From the NCBI GenBank assembly GCA_965262115.1, contig OZ253496.1, forward strand, positions 1,315,175 to 1,347,174: a DNA stretch of 32,000 nucleotides, given 5' to 3'. This document shows positions 8,431 to 14,448 of the stretch, one piece after another. The notes beneath the pieces were generated by a model. That model searched no databases. It was not told where the DNA came from and saw only the letters and a list, made by a program, of their open reading frames with translations. Every line of letters begins with the position of its first letter. The first letter of the stretch is position 1. The translations under genes were made by a program, and so were the position numbers. The stretch comes from Nitrospinales bacterium. Lineage in GTDB: Bacteria; Nitrospinota; Nitrospinia; Nitrospinales; VA-1.

Positions 8431-8674
8431 TTGCGCAGAATGGCAATGCTCCTGATTAATGAAGGCATGAGTGTCTTTAGGGCCAAAAGAATACTTAATG
8501 TCTAGGGTTCTGAAGAACGATACCTTTTTCAAAGTGTTTACATGATGTTTGAGGGACGGTTTGACAAGCTCTGGGGGGGGGCAGACTCTCCCCTTAACAA
8601 AATGGTGTTCATCGGGCCAGAACCTGAATCCCCAAAGACTGGAAGAAAGCCTGAAGAGCTATACCGTCACCTGA
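8431..8674 (+). pseudogene. CobW/COG0523 GTPase C-terminal-domain fragment (in-frame TAG, frameshift, no N-terminal GTPase domain)
   Basis: Translation gives ...EGMSVFRAKRILNV-TAG(8503-8505)-GSEERYLFQSVYMMFEGRFDKLWGGADSPLNKMVFIG. After a +1 shift near 8614-8618 it continues QNLNPQRLEESLKSYTVT*. This matches the CobW_C pattern (RaKGil...vfQgV...lVFIGrnLd...L). No Walker-A region lies upstream. Confidence 0.55.
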
Positions 8675-8725
8675 TGGTTGGGTTTGGCGGAAAACCCTGT
8701 AACTTTTAATTTTGCAAAATTACTC

Positions 8726-9429
8726 ATGGCAGAAGAAGACCGAGAAAAGCCTGGCGGGTCTCAGGAAATTGAACTCAGTGAATCGGAGATCAAAGAACTT
8801 AAACGCCTGGAAGCCAAGAAACAAGCCGAGCAACAAAAGGTGCTTGGCTCTAAAGACAATCTATTTGGGGCGATCCTGACCGATCTGGACCTGGAAGGAC
8901 TAGATTTGCATGACGCCAAAATGGCAAAAGCAAACCTCAACAACACCAATCTGAGTGGGGCCAATTTGAGCAATGCTAATTTCATTGAAGCAGATTTGAC
9001 AGAAGCCAATTTGTCAAAGGCCGACCTGCATGATGCCTATTTTGCCGATGCCCAATTGATTGCGGCAGATTTTTCCGAGGCCGACCTGCGCTGAGCAGAT
9101 TTCAGTTGGGCTGTTTTAAGCGAAGTCCGATTCAATGAAGCAAATCTGCTGGAAGTTGATTTTACCGAAGCGACTCCGGTCGCCTCCGACTTCACCTGGC
9201 CAATGTGACCGGAGCAAATTTCGACCAGACAAACCTGATTGATGTACGTTTGAAGGAGATTGATCTGTCTCAAGCGCTGAACCTTACGCCGGAACAAATC
9301 GAATCCGCCGAAATCGACAAGGCCACCCAACTCCCTCCTTACCTCGAAGTAATATGGGAAGATAGGGATAACTTCAAAGTACAAAAGGTGACTGAGAAAA
9401 AATCCAGGCGGGAAAAAGCAAAAAAATAA
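8726..9429 (+). pseudogene. pentapeptide-repeat protein interrupted by in-frame TGA and a 1-nt frameshift
   Basis: A(D/N)LxX repeats run through ORF 8678..9094 (ATG at 8726 is the likely start). They continue in the same frame after TGA 9092-9094 (ADFSWAVLSEVRFNEANLLEVDFTEA...) to TGA 9206-9208. They resume in another frame (ANVTGANFDQTNLIDVRLKEIDLSQA..., ORF 9205..9429). The shift maps to CTGGCCA at ~9197-9203. Confidence 0.7.
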
Positions 9430-9480
9430 ATCGTCTTTGCTTAATCAATATTTTGTTCTAAAGAAACCAGAACCCTTCTA

Positions 9481-9663
9481 TCAACCCCGGCCTTCCTCAA
9501 ACTGAATCTCGCCATCCGCACCCACTGCATATCTTATTTCTATCGGACGGCAACAGACTTCACAATCTTCTATATATTCCTGATGCGGCACCGACAAATC
9601 CAAGAGGACGGAAATGGACTGACCACAATGCGGGCAGTTAAAAAATTGTTCGACCTGCTCCAT
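9481..9663 (-). CDS. CPXCG-motif cysteine-rich (zinc-ribbon) protein
   Basis: 60 aa. FNCPHCGQSISVLLDLS...QEYIEDCEVCCRPIEI matches the CPXCG small-protein family pattern. Confidence 0.7.
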   Translation of the reverse strand: MEQVEQFFNCPHCGQSISVLLDLSVPHQEYIEDCEVCCRPIEIRYAVGADGEIQFEEGRG

Positions 9664-9674
9664 GCTCGATTCAG

Positions 9675-10067
9675 TTATTCCTGCATACGAAAATCTTTGG
9701 AGAAATAGGATACCAGGTCTTTCACCGAAAGGATGCCCACTATTTTATCCTCTTCCGTAACCCCCAAATGCCGAATCTTATTTTTATGCATAAATCGGTT
9801 CGCCTCTTCAATAGGCAAATAACAATCCAACGAAAGCACAGGGCTTGTCATGATTTCCGAAATCGGAGTGGCGTCCGGGTTCAAACCTTTACCCAATACT
9901 TTTCGGGTCAGGTCCGTTTCGGTCACAATACCCACATACTCGTCAAATTTTTTCACCAGCAAAGACCCGATATTATTTGCCGTCATAAACAAGGCGGCTT
10001 CCTGAACAGTAGACTCTATGTCTATACTCAATACGGGGGATACCATATAATCGCCGATTTCATCCAT
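9675..10067 (-). CDS. CBS domain pair protein
   Basis: 130 aa with two CBS motifs (VLSIDIESTVQEAALFMTANNIGSLLV...GIVTETDL and VLSLDCYLPIEEANRFMHKNKIRHLGV...GILSVKDL). Confidence 0.85.
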   Translation of the reverse strand: MDEIGDYMVSPVLSIDIESTVQEAALFMTANNIGSLLVKKFDEYVGIVTETDLTRKVLGKGLNPDATPISEIMTSPVLSLDCYLPIEEANRFMHKNKIRHLGVTEEDKIVGILSVKDLVSYFSKDFRMQE

Positions 10068-10287
10068 GTTCCTCCTCCTTATTTAAAAGGTGCCATGATG
10101 CCCATAATTCTTGGATGCCGGACAAAGGCCGGGGATTCGCTCTTTTTAAGACCCTTAAAATACCTCAAGACAGGGGCTGAAAACAATAGCAAAAGGCGGA
10201 CCATAACTTCTCGAATTTTAAGGAGTTATTGATTTATACCGTTTTTATTATAAAATCTGCAATTCAACAGGAAACATCCATAGCCCT

Positions 10288-10752
10288 ATGCCTCACGAAA
10301 TAAATGTCGTTTTAGTCGAACCGGAAATTCCCATGAATACGGGAACGATTGGGAGGTTGTGCCTTGCGACAGGGAGCACCCTGCACCTGATAGAACCGCT
10401 GGGATTCGAAATCAGCAACAGCCAGCTTAAACGAGCGGGTCTGGATTATTGGAAACACGTAAATGTCAAAACCTACCCCGGCCTTGAAATGTTTCTTCGA
10501 AGCATTCTCCCTTCTGCCCAAAAGGTATTTTTCTCCACCAAGGGGAAGAAGGATTTTTTCCAACATGCATTTCAACCAGGCGCCTATCTGTTCTTTGGCA
10601 GTGAAACTCAGGGGCTACCAAAAAGTTTACTGCAATCCAATCAGGATACCACTTATCGCATCCCACAATATGATGAACGGGTTCGGTCTATCAATATTGC
10701 AAATGCAGTTAGCATAGCTGTTTACGAAGCCATCCGACAACTGGGAGTCTAA
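10288..10752 (+). CDS. trmL: tRNA (cytidine/uridine-2'-O-)-methyltransferase TrmL (SpoU family)
   Basis: 154 aa. VVLVEPEIPMNTGTIGRLC, LFFGSETQGLP and SINIANAVSIAVYEA are the three SPOUT motifs in TrmL order and size. Confidence 0.85.
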   Translation: MPHEINVVLVEPEIPMNTGTIGRLCLATGSTLHLIEPLGFEISNSQLKRAGLDYWKHVNVKTYPGLEMFLRSILPSAQKVFFSTKGKKDFFQHAFQPGAYLFFGSETQGLPKSLLQSNQDTTYRIPQYDERVRSINIANAVSIAVYEAIRQLGV

Positions 10753-10795
10753 GCCTCAAAAAAATACCAGCCGAGTTGCTCCATAACAATCTGGC

Positions 10796-11176
10796 TCATA
10801 CACCCGGATCAACCTGAGAAAAATCTTCTGGCTTAACGTCGAATTTTCGGTAGTACTGCCGCAACAACCCTCTGGCCTCCACCTTATTCACCTGATCGTT
10901 TTTATTGCCAAAAAGGTTGCCGGCTTTAAGAATATGCAAAATGGCTTTTTCTCCGTTGCTCATGCTTTCATACAAAACCGCCAGGTTAAAATGCGCTTCC
11001 GCAGATTTTGGATTGCCCTTTAAAGTTTCTTCAAATTCGCGAACCGCTTCTTCCGCCCTGTCCGCCCTTTCATAGGCCGTGCCCAGGTTAAAATGCGCCG
11101 CCGGATCATCGGGCGTGGATTCCACCTGGGCTCTCAGTTCCTTTATTTCCTTGCTCTCAAAAAATTTTCCGAACAT
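10796..11176 (-). CDS. TPR-repeat protein
   Basis: 126 aa. It has repeated AHFNLGTAYERADRAEEAVREFEETLKGNP / AEAHFNLAVLYESMSNGEKAILHILKA units. Confidence 0.75.
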   Translation of the reverse strand: MFGKFFESKEIKELRAQVESTPDDPAAHFNLGTAYERADRAEEAVREFEETLKGNPKSAEAHFNLAVLYESMSNGEKAILHILKAGNLFGNKNDQVNKVEARGLLRQYYRKFDVKPEDFSQVDPGV

Positions 11177-11295
11177 TTTTTATGCTTGGTTCTTTAAATT
11201 CTTTGCGCTCAAAGAGATTTTTTTGAACACAATTTTTCACTCCAGACTCTCAGTTCTTCAGTACCATTACTTTTAAAACAATCTCAACATACAAC

Positions 11296-11652
11296 TCAAA
11301 GACCGGAATCGCCCAACTCGTCCTCTTCAAACAATTCCATCAGGGAGTTTCTGGAATCGTCTTGAAATTGTTCCTGGTCTTTACGGTCAATATATAAGTT
11401 CAACTGCTTCAAATGTTCCGCCGACAAATTGCACAATATCAACCGTTCCATAACAGTTTCTTTTTGGTAATCGTTCAGCAATTTACCGATACAATTGTGG
11501 AGAAACGGGGTCAAAATAGACTGCACCTCCTCAAAATCCAATTCCACCGGGTTGCCTTTCTGAAATTCTGGAGCAAGCATAGAGTACACCTTCTGCCCAT
11601 CATCGATGGACGCGCAATGAGCTCCCACATGTTCTGATAGTCTGATTTTCAT
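11296..11652 (-). CDS. STAS-like DUF4325 domain protein
   Basis: 118 aa. GNPVELDFEEVQSILTPFLHNCIGKLL resembles the DUF4325 core (xVxLDFxGVxxxsssFxxEliGxL), recalled. Confidence 0.55.
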   Translation of the reverse strand: MKIRLSEHVGAHCASIDDGQKVYSMLAPEFQKGNPVELDFEEVQSILTPFLHNCIGKLLNDYQKETVMERLILCNLSAEHLKQLNLYIDRKDQEQFQDDSRNSLMELFEEDELGDSGL

Positions 11653-12004
11653 CGTTTATTATTTCCTTCACATCGAGTCTGCATAAAAATATCTTGCTAT
11701 TTTACTCATGATACCTCTGCATACCCCATAAATTTCCGCAATAATTTCATATTTTCTGGTGTTTTTGCCATGAAACATGCCAGCCGAGGTCAAATTTGCC
11801 TTAATTTTACCGATAAGTTGTTATAATTAAACCTCTAACCTTATAGTTCCAGCAATGCGAAACACCTCTTTCACACGGGGCTCTGGCCGCTCGACTGTTT
11901 TTGGCGCAACAGCTCGAACCGTTTTCTTAGGATTCCTGCTTTTATTAGGTTTCCCCCTCCACACTTCTGCTGCTTGCTGATATACGCTATAATCCGCTTG
12001 ACCT

Positions 12005-13306
12005 ATGGAACCCAAAAACACGATTCACATAAACGCCCAGACCTCAAAACCAAAAGCCATATTGGTGGGGGTTAGCATGCCGGGCATCCGATCCCCGTCC
12101 ACTGAAATTTCACTTGAAGAACTGGAAGGTCTTGCAACCACTGCCAATTATGAGCCGGTGGCCACGTTGACCCAGCACTTAGCAGAGATTAACTGCAAAA
12201 CCTTTTTAGGCAGTGGAAAAGTGGAAGAGATCAGGCAAGCCGTCAAGTACCATTATCCGGAAGCAGTCATTTTTGACGAAGAACTGTCGCCCCGACAAAA
12301 CCGGGAACTGGAAAATATTCTGAAATGCAGGGTCATGGACCGACCCTGGGTCATCCTGGAAATTTTTAGCGACCACGCCCGAACCCGGGAGGCGAAAACC
12401 CAGGTTGAACTGGCAAGGATGAAATATGCCCTTCCCCGTCTTACCGGAATGTGGGGACACCTTTCCCGGCAACGAGGCGGAATTGGCATGAAGGATGTGG
12501 GAGAAACCCAGATCCAACTGGACCGCCGAATGATCCGCAATGAGATCCACAAACTGGAAAAAAAACTCGTTCAAATCGATAAGGAAAAAAAGACCCAGAG
12601 AAAAAACAGGCAGGGAACTTATAAAGTAGCGTTGGTCGGTTACACCAACGCAGGAAAATCCACACTGATGAATTGCCTGACGGGTGCTGACACGCTGGTC
12701 GAGGATAAATTCTTCGCGACCCTGGACGCGACCGTGCGCAAGATAAAGAAAAATTTTCCCTACCCGGTACTGCTCTCAGATACCGTTGGACTGATCAACA
12801 AATTGCCTCATGATCTGGTCGCCTCGTTTAAGAGCACCCTGGACGAAGTGCGTGATGCCGACTTACTGATTCATGTCGTGGACCTCAGTCATCACAAATA
12901 TGCCGAACAAATGCGCACCGCAGATGACCTTCTTCAGCAAATTGGAGTGGACAATATCGATATTCTCACCGTCTTCAATAAAGTTGATGCGTTGTCGAAC
13001 ACCGAAATTCTGGATCGGGTCCTTCATGCTTATCCTTCTGCAATCGGTATTTCCTGCAAAACGGGACAAGGCATCGATTCGCTCCGCCAACAAATGGCCT
13101 GCCATTATGAGAAAAATCTGGTACCGTACCGTCTCGAACTGGAGCACTCCCAGACCATGCTCATTCAGGAAATACGGAAACATGCCCTGGTGTTGAAGGA
13201 GGATTACAACCCCAACGGCATTGCATTAAGCTTACGGCTTTCTCCGGAGGCAAAAGCTAAACTGGAATCCATTTTGAAACGATCTATAAAACCCACACCG
13301 GGATGA
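12005..13306 (+). CDS. hflX: GTPase HflX
   Basis: 433 aa with an N-terminal HflX domain (AILVGV...LEELEGLATTANYEPV...FLGSGKVEEI). G1 is GYTNAGKSTLMN, G3 is DTVG, G4 is NKVD. The last 15 codons lie in the left 45-bp direct repeat. Confidence 0.92.
   Translation: MEPKNTIHINAQTSKPKAILVGVSMPGIRSPSTEISLEELEGLATTANYEPVATLTQHLAEINCKTFLGSGKVEEIRQAVKYHYPEAVIFDEELSPRQNRELENILKCRVMDRPWVILEIFSDHARTREAKTQVELARMKYALPRLTGMWGHLSRQRGGIGMKDVGETQIQLDRRMIRNEIHKLEKKLVQIDKEKKTQRKNRQGTYKVALVGYTNAGKSTLMNCLTGADTLVEDKFFATLDATVRKIKKNFPYPVLLSDTVGLINKLPHDLVASFKSTLDEVRDADLLIHVVDLSHHKYAEQMRTADDLLQQIGVDNIDILTVFNKVDALSNTEILDRVLHAYPSAIGISCKTGQGIDSLRQQMACHYEKNLVPYRLELEHSQTMLIQEIRKHALVLKEDYNPNGIALSLRLSPEAKAKLESILKRSIKPTPG
13250..13294 (+). 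repeat. left copy of perfect 45-bp direct repeat (attL-like), inside the hflX 3' end
   Basis: GCAAAAGCTAAACTGGAATCCATTTTGAAACGATCTATAAAACCC is identical to 14360-14404. Similarity extends ~10 nt leftward with 3 mismatches. Confidence 0.95.
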
Positions 13307-14359
13307 CGTGTTAACGCCAATACGATAAATGACAAAAATTAATTGGGCATATTGTCAAAAAAATTCTGATTCAATCCTTGCTTCCGGTCTAAATTTATTA
13401 CAAGAAGACACTATAGAAGACTTCGATAGCGAATTCTCAAAAGACTATGGTAATTATCTCATTTCCGATAAAAGTAAGGAATGGAATTATATTGGAGAAG
13501 CAAAAAACCTTTCTAAAAGATTAAAACAGCACTCCAAAGAAGAGACTTCTACATTCTATAAGAACTATAAAAAGCTTGAAAAAGACTTCTGCAATTATCC
13601 AAAAGGTCTTAAAATTAGTCAATTTGAAGTTAGAACTATTAACACTAAAATAGGACGGAAAGAACTTGAGGAATTTGGAATAGTAAACATTCCTGCTGTT
13701 TTAAATAAATTCCAAAAACGGAAAAGGAATAGATTTAAACAAAAAGTTGATACTGAAATTTGGAACGGAACTCAGAGCAATTTCCATTCAATTCTCGAAC
13801 AAGAAGAAAAGAAATTAATGGGTTTAAAAAGTTATAATTGGTTTCAACCACAAATACCTTCAACTGCTGGACTATATTGGGTTGAAAACAAATCGAAAGG
13901 ACTCATTTATATTGGAGAAAGTTCTAATATCTACGAAAGATATGGTACTCATTCTAGAGATACTTATTTTTCAGCATTAAGACGACATATTGGAGAAAAG
14001 ATTCTTGGTTTCAACTTGCAGACAATTAACAATCGTAAAAGATATTTCTCGAAATCAGAAAATGACGAAATAACTACTTTTTTAAAAGAATGTATTATTA
14101 AACCATTTTCAATCAATTATGGAAGGTATGAGCTTGAAGAATATTTAATACGAAAATACAACCCGTTATTGAATAGAAAAGGAAATAAGTAAAGGCGCTA
14201 ATTGAGTAAACAGCTCCACCAGTAGAAACTGGCGGAGGTCGTTAAGGCGAAGATTGCAGCCCAGCATCAGACCAGTTTGTTTTCTCCAGAGATGGTTGTT
14301 AAGCAGGTGATTGGAGCAAAAGAGGCGTCTGCATCCAGATCGTCCGATTTTCTCCAAGG
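13295..14359 (+). mobile_element. putative small mobile insertion (nuclease-only cargo) in the hflX 3' end
   Basis: The segment lies between the two 45-bp repeats. G+C drops sharply (single 60-nt lines hand-counted at 27-35% vs ~50% in hflX). It holds one gene (tandem GIY-YIG nuclease). The right ~60-90 bp are a diverged hflX 3' pseudo-copy. No recombinase gene. Confidence 0.5.
13329..14192 (+). CDS. tandem (double) GIY-YIG nuclease domain protein
   Basis: 287 aa. Domain 1 is GNYLISDKSKEWNYIGEAKNLSKRLKQH...ELEEFGIVNIPAVLN. Domain 2 is GLYWVENKSKGLIYIGESSNIYERYGTH...ELEEYLIRKYNPLLN. Both have GxY-N10-YIG, Arg 8 residues after the YIG glycine, then His and a distal E...N. A basic linker KFQKRKRNRFKQK joins them. 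Confidence 0.7.
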   Translation: MTKINWAYCQKNSDSILASGLNLLQEDTIEDFDSEFSKDYGNYLISDKSKEWNYIGEAKNLSKRLKQHSKEETSTFYKNYKKLEKDFCNYPKGLKISQFEVRTINTKIGRKELEEFGIVNIPAVLNKFQKRKRNRFKQKVDTEIWNGTQSNFHSILEQEEKKLMGLKSYNWFQPQIPSTAGLYWVENKSKGLIYIGESSNIYERYGTHSRDTYFSALRRHIGEKILGFNLQTINNRKRYFSKSENDEITTFLKECIIKPFSINYGRYELEEYLIRKYNPLLNRKGNK

Positions 14360-14410
14360 GCAAAAGCTAAACTGGAATCCATTTTGAAACGATCTATAAA
14401 ACCCGATTGA
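14303..14410 (+). pseudogene. displaced or duplicated hflX 3'-end remnant
   Basis: In the frame of the right repeat it reads AGDWSKRGVCIQIVRFSPRAKAKLESILKRSIKPD*. This parallels the HflX tail KEDYNPNGIALSLRLSPEAKAKLESILKRSIKPTPG*. The frame is closed upstream by stops at 14207, 14243 and 14300. Confidence 0.55.
14360..14404 (+). repeat. right copy of perfect 45-bp direct repeat (attR-like)
   Basis: Identical to 13250-13294. It is followed by GATTGA (D, stop) instead of ACACCGGGATGA (TPG, stop). Confidence 0.95.
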
Positions 14411-14448
14411 CATACATTCGCATCGCCCCGGGTTTATAAACCTGATCT

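Noticed and set aside
5800-8583. G-C9-AGA at 5800-5813 and its reverse complement at 8569-8583, as terminal inverted repeats of a radical SAM/PNPOx cassette.
   Set aside because: The match is essentially two homopolymers plus 4 nt. The G9 tract lies inside the reading frame of the CobW_C relic (LWGGA), so it is not an element boundary.
11827-12021. 64-aa minus-strand ORF overlapping the hflX start.
   Set aside because: It overlaps the hflX promoter and start, has no SD and no family resemblance.
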